A DNA stretch of 64,000 nt, taken from positions 394,853 through 458,852 of the forward strand of contig CAWINB010000004.1 of the NCBI GenBank assembly GCA_963837465.1, written 5' to 3'. A model generated the notes under the pieces. That model searched no databases, was not told the DNA's origin, and saw only the letters and a program-made list of their open reading frames with translations. Made by a program: the position numbers and the translations under genes. Positions 48,585-58,607 of the stretch are shown here, piece after piece (positions within the stretch are counted from its first letter, which is position 1; each line of letters opens with the position of its first letter). Origin of the DNA: Candidatus Doudnabacteria bacterium. GTDB lineage: Bacteria; Patescibacteriota; Doudnabacteria; UBA920.

Positions 48585-48933
48585 TAACGTAATAAAACTC
48601 TAAGGACAGGCCTCTGCCAACAAACCTACCTTAGAGAGAACACTTAAAGGGGCGCCGTGCTCAGCTTATGCTGACTCCGCGCCCCCTTCACTTTTATATC
48701 ATTAAAATTTGTTAATATGGACAATGGTAAAAAGCCGTTGCGAAGTTGGAGAATTGTGATAAAATGAAAAGTCAAACTTGCCGCGTGGTTAAAAAAGCCA
48801 AATAGTTAGCTTTTTTAATTGCCCGGTAATATTGGGCAGGCTTAAAATATTTCAGGAGGATAAAATTTAATGATGCGTAATTGTCATACCGACAAGCAAA
48901 GTATGGGTTATTTTGTTTGTGGGTGTGACGATT

Positions 48934-50103
48934 ATGAAAAATACTATACTACGAATTGCGTTGTTTTGTGCTGTGTTCGCCGCGGCTTCGGTCGCGTCGG
49001 CACAGCAAATGTTTTTTGAAACTCCCGAAGCCTGCACTTCGGCCGCTCCGGGAACATTTTCCGTTTACCAGCCCAAGTACGATACCAAATTGGGGTGGTG
49101 GAAGGAGATGAAATCCTTGGGCAAGGCTGAGCTCGTGGAAAACCACGGCAAGGTCTACTGTGCCGATGAGTTTACGGTTGTCGGCTGGAGAATTATTCAA
49201 TGGCCGGAAAACAACCCGTACTACACTTCGGACGGTAAGATTGCCGATGGTCGGTGTGGCAACGAAGTTCGCCACATTTGGGAAGTTCCTCCGCCTGCAC
49301 CGCCGCCCCAGTTGCCTCCACCGACCGGGAATATTCACGTAGTGAAAAAGACCTTTGATCCCGATTCGGTGCATATGATAATACCTACGGGCGCCGCGCA
49401 GGTGTTCGCGGGTACTACTCAAATACCGTTGAACCGGAATGATAACGGTGATGCCGAAGGCCTTATCGCTCTCCCCGAGGGCGATTACGACATAAGTGAA
49501 CAGTTTGACCCACAAGTCTGGACTCAGATTTGGTTGTCAAACAAGCGTGTTCATGTAGTTGCCGGTCAAACAGTTGAAGTCGAAATCAAGAACCAGCAAC
49601 TGCGCCCTCCGCCTCAACCGGTTGCCCCTCCCCATGTTTGCCCTATTTGCGGGGAAGTCGTCGCTTCGGCGGACTTGTCCCAGGTAGTGCTTACCGCGGA
49701 TCTTCAGCTTTGGGTTCGCGTGAAGTGGGAGGCAGTTCGGGTCATTGGAGTTTTTTGGCAGAATCGAGAGGTTTTTTCCGGACCCAACGGGACTCTCACT
49801 GTCTCCAACTTTAAGGGTGCTGGAATCTATGAGATGGAAGTACACGGAGAAGACAACGAAGGGCATATTCTGATTTGTGCTTTCAACGTTGTAACCGTGC
49901 TGCCCCCACCTCCACCGGCTCCCCATAAGGTAAAGAAAAACCACAAAAAGTTAGTGGTCGGCATAGTAATTGCAGTAGGTGTGGGGGTTTGCATTGCCTC
50001 TGCTGTTGAGGGGTGGCCTGTCCCATGCGGATGGGTGGTGAAGCTTTTTCATAAAGCCGCAGCCGCGCCAATTCAAAAGGCTCCCATTCCTGTAACCCGG
50101 TAG
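48934..50103 (+). CDS. Hypothetical secreted Pro-rich protein with C-terminal TM
   Basis: Signal peptide MKNTILR...ASA, poly-Pro linkers, C-terminal TM. Confidence 0.7.
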   Translation: MKNTILRIALFCAVFAAASVASAQQMFFETPEACTSAAPGTFSVYQPKYDTKLGWWKEMKSLGKAELVENHGKVYCADEFTVVGWRIIQWPENNPYYTSDGKIADGRCGNEVRHIWEVPPPAPPPQLPPPTGNIHVVKKTFDPDSVHMIIPTGAAQVFAGTTQIPLNRNDNGDAEGLIALPEGDYDISEQFDPQVWTQIWLSNKRVHVVAGQTVEVEIKNQQLRPPPQPVAPPHVCPICGEVVASADLSQVVLTADLQLWVRVKWEAVRVIGVFWQNREVFSGPNGTLTVSNFKGAGIYEMEVHGEDNEGHILICAFNVVTVLPPPPPAPHKVKKNHKKLVVGIVIAVGVGVCIASAVEGWPVPCGWVVKLFHKAAAAPIQKAPIPVTR

Positions 50104-50372
50104 TTTTTCAGCCCCGGGCGCCACGGGCAAGCATCATATAAATGGCGCGGTAATCTCTTAAAAAGGCAGTTTGTTGGGAATTTTATTCCTACAACTGCCT
50201 TTTGTTTTTGGTTATAAGGTTAATTTTTTTGTTGCGCTTGACAGAAATACAGTTAATAGGTATAATATAAAGTCATTTTTTATTATTATCAACAAATAAT
50301 ATTTTTTGTGTTATAATTAACCAAGTTTATAAAAGCATTTAGTTTAATCAAATCTAATAATATAGCTAAATT

Positions 50373-51890
50373 ATGGAAAATCCATTTTCAAAAATTGCTA
50401 AAGCATATAAGGATAGTGATTTTGCTTTACGCGGGCAGACCAAAAGAGAAACCAAGGCTTTAGCCAGGGAAGAGGAGTTGACTGACGAGGCTTTGGTAGA
50501 CAAAATCCTCCAAGACCGGGGTTTTGGTAAATTTTTAGTGGACAGCAATCCAAAATACCAGAGCATGAACTTTGACAAGAAAGATTTTAAGGATATTCGG
50601 GAAAAGTATTACGCCTATACGGAATCCAAAAAGGTAGCCACGGAACTTAGGACTGTCTACAGCCAAGAGATAATGCAGGATTTGGATATTGAGCTAACAC
50701 CGGCTGAGCAAGATCAGGTATTTGAGAGCATGGATGTGGCACTAAGCAGCAGACTGCAAAAAGACGGCAGGAATATTGAAATTTCCAGGCTTAAAAATAA
50801 GCTGGAGGAATATAATAAATTAAAAGAACGGATTGAGCAACTTGAAAGCAAATTCCAGCAGGCGGGGGTCAACGAAGCTGTTATTGAGGGAATGTCCAGC
50901 GAAAAGGGAATGGATAAGCTAAGGGATCGCGAGAAGTTGGCAAAAACGGCTAAAAAGATAAAGGTGCCGTTTATGAAAGGCCGTAACCGCGGCATACAGG
51001 AAGCGCGTCAGGATTTAGTGGGTAATTTTGAAATTGAGAGAGAAAATATTAAAGCCCAATTCCAGGAGGTCAAAGCCGGCAGAAAAGAAGCGGAAGGACT
51101 GCGGCGACAACTCGACGAATTGAGGCAATATTTTTTGGTGCAGATTAAGATAGCGGACTCGGTCATAGACCGGGCAAGATTCCGGGCCAACGAAGTCCTT
51201 AAGGCTCGCGTAGAAACTGCCACCATCGAATACCAAAGACATGACCCTGCTTCAACCAAAAAAATGCAGGAGTTAGCTGACCTGCAGGCTTATTCAGAAC
51301 TTATGGACTCCACAGCCAGAAGCAAAACCGATGAAGATTATATGAATGATTTAGACGCGAAGCATCATTTTGGTGGGCGCAGGATTACGACTGCGGAGGC
51401 AGACCAGTTGGAAGCCTGGAGAGACCAGGAAGAGACCCGTGCAGCTTCAACTTTAGACACTACCGATTCAGCCAGTAAATTATTGGGCAAAATGCGTGAA
51501 GGCCGGAAGAAAAAAGGCAAAGGCGGCATTGATTATACAGCTGGCGGCCAGGTTGTTGACTTTTATGACCTTTATGACTTGGACACTGATACAGAGTTGG
51601 TAAAGAATTTGGATAGTATGCTGGAGAAGGAACTGGAGACTGTGATGGAACGAGCGGTTTTCACTTCCCGTACTATTCAGCAGTTTGAAGGCGCCTTGGA
51701 TCCGGTTTTAAAACGCTGGGAAGCCGGTCAGTATAATACCCGTGGCAAGGTCAGGAATTTTATCGCGGACAAGTTAGTTGCTCTTTGCAATACTCCTTCT
51801 ATGGAACCGGTTATGAAGGTGCAGGTTAAAGCTTTGCTGTATAAGCGCGGCATTTTTAAAGGCTTAACGCGCGTAGCGATACCTAAATAA
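50373..51890 (+). CDS. Hypothetical coiled-coil protein
   Basis: 505 aa, charged and helical; TTGACA-N17-TATAAT upstream. Confidence 0.75.
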   Translation: MENPFSKIAKAYKDSDFALRGQTKRETKALAREEELTDEALVDKILQDRGFGKFLVDSNPKYQSMNFDKKDFKDIREKYYAYTESKKVATELRTVYSQEIMQDLDIELTPAEQDQVFESMDVALSSRLQKDGRNIEISRLKNKLEEYNKLKERIEQLESKFQQAGVNEAVIEGMSSEKGMDKLRDREKLAKTAKKIKVPFMKGRNRGIQEARQDLVGNFEIERENIKAQFQEVKAGRKEAEGLRRQLDELRQYFLVQIKIADSVIDRARFRANEVLKARVETATIEYQRHDPASTKKMQELADLQAYSELMDSTARSKTDEDYMNDLDAKHHFGGRRITTAEADQLEAWRDQEETRAASTLDTTDSASKLLGKMREGRKKKGKGGIDYTAGGQVVDFYDLYDLDTDTELVKNLDSMLEKELETVMERAVFTSRTIQQFEGALDPVLKRWEAGQYNTRGKVRNFIADKLVALCNTPSMEPVMKVQVKALLYKRGIFKGLTRVAIPK

Positions 51891-51923
51891 TACCGATTTA
51901 AATTATAAAATAAAATAATATAT

Positions 51924-52214
51924 ATGAGCGTAGACCTATCAAAACTAGAACAGCTAGTTGAAGAAGAAAATTTTGAGCAAGCACAAAGTATGTTGGTGGA
52001 TTATTTTAGCCAACCCTTAACTCCGGAAGAACGCGGGCAGGCTTATATTGAAGTCGCCTCCGTTTATCTGGATATTGCCAATTATTTTAACAAGCAAAAG
52101 GCCGAGCTTCTTGAGGCCGGAATAAAAGCTTTGGCCGAACTGGACAAGCAGAGAAAGCAATTGGATGACTTGATAGATCTGGACAAAGTTCGCAAAGCCA
52201 TTAAAGACTCCTAA
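51924..52214 (+). CDS. Small acidic helical hypothetical protein
   Basis: 96 aa; operonic position. Confidence 0.65.
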   Translation: MSVDLSKLEQLVEEENFEQAQSMLVDYFSQPLTPEERGQAYIEVASVYLDIANYFNKQKAELLEAGIKALAELDKQRKQLDDLIDLDKVRKAIKDS

Positions 52215-52230
52215 GAGCCTGTTTAAATTT

Positions 52231-52548
52231 ATGGATTCATTTGATATTCCAATGCCACCAGAAATCCGGCAGTTTTTGGAAGATATGCTCAAAGACGCGG
52301 ATGCTATGCCGGAGGCCGAGGAGCTGAAAGAAATGATGCTGAGCGATTTATACACCCGCTTGCAGGCCAAGCTGTTTTTACTTTTAGCCGACAAGTTGGA
52401 AGAAGACCAACTGGAAACTTACAGCAGGCTATCTACTTTGGATCCAGCCCAGGGAAACGCTTATTTAGATGATGTCCTGCCAAACTATAGGCAATTGTTT
52501 TTGCAAACTCTGGCGGAATTCAGGGGTGTGTTTTTAGGCAAAAAATAA
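52231..52548 (+). CDS. DUF5663-like small helical protein
   Basis: 105 aa acidic helical protein (FL..PNY..F...L.EFR..FL-type ending); family assigned from memory. Confidence 0.6.
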   Translation: MDSFDIPMPPEIRQFLEDMLKDADAMPEAEELKEMMLSDLYTRLQAKLFLLLADKLEEDQLETYSRLSTLDPAQGNAYLDDVLPNYRQLFLQTLAEFRGVFLGKK

Positions 52549-52561
52549 GTTAAAACTTTTT

Positions 52562-55500
52562 ATGCCCAGGGAATATCGTCAAGGCACAGTTCTTGACCAA
52601 ATAGACGAGGAAAACAAAAACCGCGATACCGACATTGGCCATATTGAGCAGTCCCACCAGCCGGTTTTTCACAAGTCACAAAAATCCCGCGATGAGATTA
52701 AAATTAAACGCAAGCTGGATCTCGATAAGCCCGAAGTCCAGACTTTTAAGATTACCGCCGCGGCTGTGGACGAAATAATAGATGCGGCCGCTCAGAGAGT
52801 GGGCGAGCAAAAGGCTCAGGAATATTTGGATAAAGCGGGTTGGATAAAGAAATCTTTTGTGCGTCCCAGTGAAAAGGCACTGATAGAAAAGTTTAAAGAA
52901 GAAGTCAAAGCCGAGATTCTGGCCAACCGCAATTTAATGGCCAGCATTGAGGGCAGGGCGCTGCTGAATTCAAAAGTTGAAAAATTGCACGCCGATTCTG
53001 ACAGGGCGACACAGGCTATTTTTGAGGTATTGGTGGAAAGAGCTCATAATTTAGAGCGTAAATCTAATGAAGAATTTTGGGGACTTAGTTCAGGTCCGGA
53101 AGATAAAAAATCAAAACAAAAGAATGAAAAATACGAAACCAGGGAAAAAATCGCGCATACTGCGTCTATGGATGCCGCTGCCGCGGACTTGATCGCCAAA
53201 TGGGCTTTTGAGGAAATTCCTGACCGCAACGCTTTTGACGCCTTAGCTGAAGAGAAAATTTTTCGCAAATTAACCACCAAAGCCAATCTTGGCAAAGCGG
53301 AAACTTTTGCTTCCAATCTGTTTTTTGTCGCCGAGCAATATAAAGAGTCAATAGAAAAAACTTTAAAGAAAGCCGCTAAAGAATTTTCCCCGGCCGAAAA
53401 AACTAAAGTCCGTAATTATTTAAGGGGATCGGTTAGGTTAGATATCAATATGGCCCTGAGTAAGGCGGATATGGCTCGCCGCAAGCCCGAGGGTGTTATG
53501 CGCGCGGTGGAAGCAGTGGTTGATTTTACCCAAATGCCTTATTTGGCAAAACTAGGTAAATTTGCCGGTACTGGATTTGGCAAATTTTTGTCTAAAATTC
53601 CTGGTGGGAATTTTATGAGTAAAACAATTGACCGTCTATGGGGCTTAAGCGTTGGTAACCCTTTAGTTTATGCTTGGGTGGGTAACAGGTTAGCTTACGC
53701 GGCGGCTTCCGGAGTTGGTATTAAAACCGCAATGCTGGCCGGCACAGCTTTAGCCGTGGGTTTGGGGCCCGGCACTATTATGGCTATTGGCGCGGCTCTG
53801 GGCGGCGGCAGTTATTTTGCTTTGAGAAAAGCCGCCGAAATGAGCCGTGATAGGCGCAGGCGTGAAGACAAAGCCATTTTGGGAACAGGCCCTAAAGAAA
53901 GTCTGCAACCTGTAGATACCAGGGAAATTGGCCTGAAGCTTATTTTGCAATTGACTGAAAAAAAGGAGCCATTAACAGAAGAGGAAAAACAAAAAATTGG
54001 CCAATGGGCGGCGGCTTTGCGTTTGCATAATGTCCATAATGTTAATATTTTAGGAGTATCCAGGGAAGAAGGAGAAAGTAATAAAAGTAATATTGTGGCA
54101 GTGGATAATTTGCAAGAGGCTATTTTAAATTTGTTGGAAAAAAAACATGCGGAATTTCAGCATTACGACAGTAGCGCAAATAATTGGGACGCGCAAGCCC
54201 GCGATTTTAGCCGTTATATAGGTGACGCGGAAAGGAAGTTGCTGGAGAAAATCAAACTGGTCGATAAAGAAAAAGCCGCGGAAATTGTGCGGGGTGCTTT
54301 GGTTGCGGGCGTGGTGGGTGGCGCTATCGCGGGCGTCGGTTCTATATTAAGTCCCGAAGTCCTGAAGTTACTTAAAGAGGGGGTAAATGTCGCTTCCCAC
54401 AATCTTGGCGGACATGATGTCTTTGATACCAACTATAATACTTATGCCGAAGCTTTGTGGCATAAGGGGGCTGAAAAGCTTGGCTGGGTTCCTGCTGCCC
54501 CCACTCATTTTAATGGTGAAATGGTGCCAAATGATTTTGCTATTTTTAATGGTCACACTCAAATTAAATTACCGGTAGGGTATGGTAGTTTTCATTTACA
54601 TAATAACAGCGGTGATTTTATTGTCATTACAGATCCGGCACAGCATGTTGTGGGAAACCCCATTCAAGTTGGTGCTGACGGTATAATAAACCCGGCCTCC
54701 TGGAACCATTTTACCCATGACTTAGGGTGGCAAGTTAATCATGCAGACGCAGCCGCGGCCGCTCACGGCGGCATCCCTGGCCATTCCCGCAGCTTTACGG
54801 ACTGGCTGCATGACTTAAGGTCTCATTTGCCCAACGGAGTTAAGATAGAAGAAGCTCATTTTAAGGGAAATTATGACAACTTAACCCCAAATTCAGATTT
54901 AAATGAGCTTAATTTCCATATTAATGTGGCAGGGAATGGTGATGTCCACTGGGATGTGCAGAACTTAATGCAGTATGGCTCATTTCATCAAGTTGGAGGA
55001 ACTTTTATTCCGGGCGCTGCTCCCTATCAGCCTGATATGACGGCATTGCTTCATTCCGGCGACCTTAAATTTGTAATTATTCCCGATGCGGCGCATCCGC
55101 ATGACGCCATATTTTTAAATATGGACTCAACAGGACACGCTATTGTTCCCAAAGATATAGCGCAGTGCCTGTTAAATTCCGCCACCGGCCACCCCAAAGA
55201 AGGTGTGCTTATTGGCTCCGCTCATATTTTAGACAGACCCGGCGGTGGTAAAGATATGATAATGATCAACGCAATTAAGGGTCATGGCGAGGCTGTAAAT
55301 TATGACATGTCTTCGGCCGCTACCCCTACGGGCACTACAGCAGGTCCGGCAATTTGGGATGCCCGCCCTCCGATTGTATACACCAGCGAAGCCCCGTACG
55401 GTCCTGCCGGTTATCGCCGCCAGACGGACGAGGATATAACTACCGCACGGGAAAAACGGGAAACAAAAGAATTGGAACGGCAGTGGAAAGAGCAACTTGC

Positions 55501-56959
55501 TAAAATGTCTCCGGAAGAAAAAATGCTTATGGCGCAGAATGATATGCTGGCTGTTTTAAGCGGATCTGACAAAACGCTGACCGCGATTATTCCGGCTTTT
55601 GATAAAACATCCGCTAGGTACCGATTAGATGAAGCACAGCAGGAAAAATTACTTGTAGATATCTGTAAGGCTAAGGGTATGACTGATGAAGAAGTAAAGA
55701 CCGCGTTGGCTCAACAAGTTCAACAGAACGCCGCGCCTGTAGCAGTTGCTGCGGGCGGGGGTACCCCTGAGGCGCAAGCATCCTCTACTCCTGCGGCCCA
55801 GTCGTTTTCCACTAAAAAAACAGCATTGCTCAATAGTTTGCTGGCAAGAGAAATGGAAGCAAGCAGGAAAGCCGCGTTTCCCGAAGCTGCTCCTGACAGG
55901 CGGTTCCTCAGCGAACTTAATAAAAGAGAATCCAATCGTGCTCCGCATTTGGAATTCAGCGCGGACGATGGTTTATTGAAAAAGAAAACGGATTTAGATT
56001 TTATAAACTCCCTGGCCGAGTCTGTCCATGACTTTTTGGTCGCGGAAGGTCTGGACGCAAATGTTTACAGCCTGGCATCTTATAAAATTAAAATTACGGA
56101 AACCCCTCCTTATGGTTGGAATGAAAAGGATAAGAGCTTGTTGTCTGTGGGAACAACTGAATCTCCAAATAAAATAGCTTTGGATATTTTGGAAAAAATT
56201 AAAACTCCGGATTCGCCCCTTGAATATAGATATAGGGACCTGACGGAAGTTAATAATTCAGCAGATAATAAAGAGCCGACCTTAAAATTTAGCTATGATC
56301 CAGGTGTGTTGATTGGCATTGGTCAAAGTGCCGTTAACAATTATGGCAAACGTTTGCATAGCGAACTACGAAGCCAGATCGGCACTGACCCAAGGTTTGA
56401 AGACGCTCTGTTAAGAATTAATTTTATAAACCCTCGGGATCCAATGCCCGATGTTCCGGATATTGATGCTCATGGGTATACTATTATGACGTTGCCTTTT
56501 GGCGACAATGTTAAAAGAGATGCAGGGATAATTTTAAGGGAAATGAAACGATTGGCACCCGAGACATTGCCGCCGGTTGATAGAGTGTTTTTGAGGGATA
56601 TTAATAATTTGCCCGGAAACCAGAATCCCAATATAGCATTTGATATGCCGGATTCAATAATCAGAGAAATGGGATCACCGGAAGCCAAGATTTATGTGAC
56701 AAGAATAGCGGCAAAAATGGAAGCGAAGCTCAATCAACTGAAAGCGGCTAATGGAGGAAGGGATAGGGCCTTTTTTGAATCTTTGGTTATTTCAGTTGGG
56801 GTTAGCAGGAATGCGGCTGATTTGCACGGCACTCTTGGAGCTGACGGTAGTTTTCAGTTCACTTTTCCCGCTTACAAAGGAACGGTTAATAGGGAGCCGG
56901 ATAATAGAATAGAGGCCAGAATTAATCAGCAGTTTGAAGAAATAAGGAATGCGCCCTAA
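52562..56959 (+). CDS. Large multi-domain membrane-associated protein
   Basis: 1465 aa: helical N-terminus, Gly/Ala-rich hydrophobic segments, a His-rich central region and three C-terminal repeats. Confidence 0.8.
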   Translation: MPREYRQGTVLDQIDEENKNRDTDIGHIEQSHQPVFHKSQKSRDEIKIKRKLDLDKPEVQTFKITAAAVDEIIDAAAQRVGEQKAQEYLDKAGWIKKSFVRPSEKALIEKFKEEVKAEILANRNLMASIEGRALLNSKVEKLHADSDRATQAIFEVLVERAHNLERKSNEEFWGLSSGPEDKKSKQKNEKYETREKIAHTASMDAAAADLIAKWAFEEIPDRNAFDALAEEKIFRKLTTKANLGKAETFASNLFFVAEQYKESIEKTLKKAAKEFSPAEKTKVRNYLRGSVRLDINMALSKADMARRKPEGVMRAVEAVVDFTQMPYLAKLGKFAGTGFGKFLSKIPGGNFMSKTIDRLWGLSVGNPLVYAWVGNRLAYAAASGVGIKTAMLAGTALAVGLGPGTIMAIGAALGGGSYFALRKAAEMSRDRRRREDKAILGTGPKESLQPVDTREIGLKLILQLTEKKEPLTEEEKQKIGQWAAALRLHNVHNVNILGVSREEGESNKSNIVAVDNLQEAILNLLEKKHAEFQHYDSSANNWDAQARDFSRYIGDAERKLLEKIKLVDKEKAAEIVRGALVAGVVGGAIAGVGSILSPEVLKLLKEGVNVASHNLGGHDVFDTNYNTYAEALWHKGAEKLGWVPAAPTHFNGEMVPNDFAIFNGHTQIKLPVGYGSFHLHNNSGDFIVITDPAQHVVGNPIQVGADGIINPASWNHFTHDLGWQVNHADAAAAAHGGIPGHSRSFTDWLHDLRSHLPNGVKIEEAHFKGNYDNLTPNSDLNELNFHINVAGNGDVHWDVQNLMQYGSFHQVGGTFIPGAAPYQPDMTALLHSGDLKFVIIPDAAHPHDAIFLNMDSTGHAIVPKDIAQCLLNSATGHPKEGVLIGSAHILDRPGGGKDMIMINAIKGHGEAVNYDMSSAATPTGTTAGPAIWDARPPIVYTSEAPYGPAGYRRQTDEDITTAREKRETKELERQWKEQLAKMSPEEKMLMAQNDMLAVLSGSDKTLTAIIPAFDKTSARYRLDEAQQEKLLVDICKAKGMTDEEVKTALAQQVQQNAAPVAVAAGGGTPEAQASSTPAAQSFSTKKTALLNSLLAREMEASRKAAFPEAAPDRRFLSELNKRESNRAPHLEFSADDGLLKKKTDLDFINSLAESVHDFLVAEGLDANVYSLASYKIKITETPPYGWNEKDKSLLSVGTTESPNKIALDILEKIKTPDSPLEYRYRDLTEVNNSADNKEPTLKFSYDPGVLIGIGQSAVNNYGKRLHSELRSQIGTDPRFEDALLRINFINPRDPMPDVPDIDAHGYTIMTLPFGDNVKRDAGIILREMKRLAPETLPPVDRVFLRDINNLPGNQNPNIAFDMPDSIIREMGSPEAKIYVTRIAAKMEAKLNQLKAANGGRDRAFFESLVISVGVSRNAADLHGTLGADGSFQFTFPAYKGTVNREPDNRIEARINQQFEEIRNAP

Positions 56960-57014
56960 ACAGATTTTGTTTATTTACCAACAGGCTTACTTAGCAGTGT
57001 CGTCTAATAAGATA

Positions 57015-58289
57015 TTATGGTGACTTAGCCGGAGTACTTTGGGTAGTTGTCGGTGTCACAACGGTGGTCGGCTGGATTTGCGCTTGGAGCAAACTTTCCA
57101 CAATCGCGATAATGCTAAAGGACAGGATGGCGACTACAAGGCCCAGGATTGCCCAGGTGATGGTTTTTTTGGCTTTAGTGATAGCTTCTTCGCTGCCGGA
57201 GCCCACAATCATTTGAAAACCTCCCACTATAATAAACACCACGGCCAATACCCCAAGTACGGAAAGCAAACCCTGCGCCACCAGCAAAAACGCGTGCACC
57301 AAATCACTTTCGGGCAAGGGGTCGTAAAGGCATGATGTTGGATCGGTGCAGGGGGTGGTGGAATTTGGTGTGGCGGCGTTAGCACCGCTTGCGGAAGTTA
57401 CTGGCGCCACGCACACACCTTGGGAAACGTTGCAAGTATAGCCAACTTCATCGGCGGCGTTGCAATCTGGGTCACTAGTGCAAGCCCTGCATAAACCGGC
57501 ATTAGTGCAAAGCTGGGAAGCGCATTGGCTAAAGTCAGTACAAGTCGCGCCATTAGGCAAATTTGTTGTTGCGGCTGTTGGCGCAACGCATACGCCTTGG
57601 GAAACGTTGCAAGTATAGCCAACTTCATCAGAGGCGTTACAATCAGCGTTACTTGTGCAAGCCCGGCAAAGGCCTGCATTAGTACAAAGTTGAGAGGCGC
57701 ATTGGCTGAAGTCGGTGCACCCTCCTCCATTTGGGACGTTGCTCGTTGCGGCCTGTGTGAGAGTAATGCCAACTGGAGATGATTCAGTTAAAACTGGCCA
57801 ATTATTTGAGCCATCAGTGACTTTAACCATAGCCGCTACCTGCAAGCTGCTAGGTATGTTCCCATTGTTCCAAGAAGAAGATGGAGTGAAGGTGTTGTTT
57901 GGCAATGAGAATGTCTGGGAAGTTTGAGCCGGTTGTCCGCTCTGGGCATTATAGGTTAATGGGAAAACAATATCAGATAGCAATCTATTGCCAGTAGTTT
58001 TATCATAAACAGTTACATAGACGTTAAGCGCGTTTGTATTGCTGTTCGGAACAGGACAAGTGCCTGTTAAGCTGCCGTTGTCTGTTAGTAGGTTATTCAC
58101 TGTTACAGAACCGGAAATAGTAAATGGCGTATTATTAGCTCCAGATTTTGGATTTACGTCAAAGCTTATTTGCGCGGCGCAACTGGCGGAAGAGGCTGTT
58201 GCAATATTTGGAGTAAGCGAAACCAAGCCAAAAATCTCCACCATCAAAAAGCTTAAGGCAAAGACTATTTTTACTATTTTTTGTTTCAT
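57015..58289 (-). CDS. Pilin-like (TrbC/VirB2-type C-terminus) protein with tandem Cys-rich repeats
   Basis: LAVVFIIVGGFQMI..G.E..I.KAKKTITWAILGL; two 59-aa repeats with 8 Cys each. Confidence 0.8.
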   Translation of the reverse strand: MKQKIVKIVFALSFLMVEIFGLVSLTPNIATASSASCAAQISFDVNPKSGANNTPFTISGSVTVNNLLTDNGSLTGTCPVPNSNTNALNVYVTVYDKTTGNRLLSDIVFPLTYNAQSGQPAQTSQTFSLPNNTFTPSSSWNNGNIPSSLQVAAMVKVTDGSNNWPVLTESSPVGITLTQAATSNVPNGGGCTDFSQCASQLCTNAGLCRACTSNADCNASDEVGYTCNVSQGVCVAPTAATTNLPNGATCTDFSQCASQLCTNAGLCRACTSDPDCNAADEVGYTCNVSQGVCVAPVTSASGANAATPNSTTPCTDPTSCLYDPLPESDLVHAFLLVAQGLLSVLGVLAVVFIIVGGFQMIVGSGSEEAITKAKKTITWAILGLVVAILSFSIIAIVESLLQAQIQPTTVVTPTTTQSTPAKSP

Positions 58290-58607
58290 AAATAAGTTTA
58301 ATTTTATCGTTATTATTATACAATAAATTAATTAAATTGGGAATTTTAGCCTGCCAGACTGAGGTTTTTGACAAAGTTTTGCATATAATCCATAATTGGA
58401 TTCATAAAGAACTGTGAAGCCGTTTATTGTTGCCTATAAAATCCCAAGGATTTCAAATATCTGTCAGGTTCCCACTTTTTGTGTTATAATCTTTGCAGTT
58501 AAAAAACAAAAATTTAAAATCAAAAATCAAGACCATCCAGAAAGCTTTCGCTTAAGTCTTGATTTTATTTTTTTTATCTATTATTCTGTAACTTAAGGGG
58601 TTCCGTT

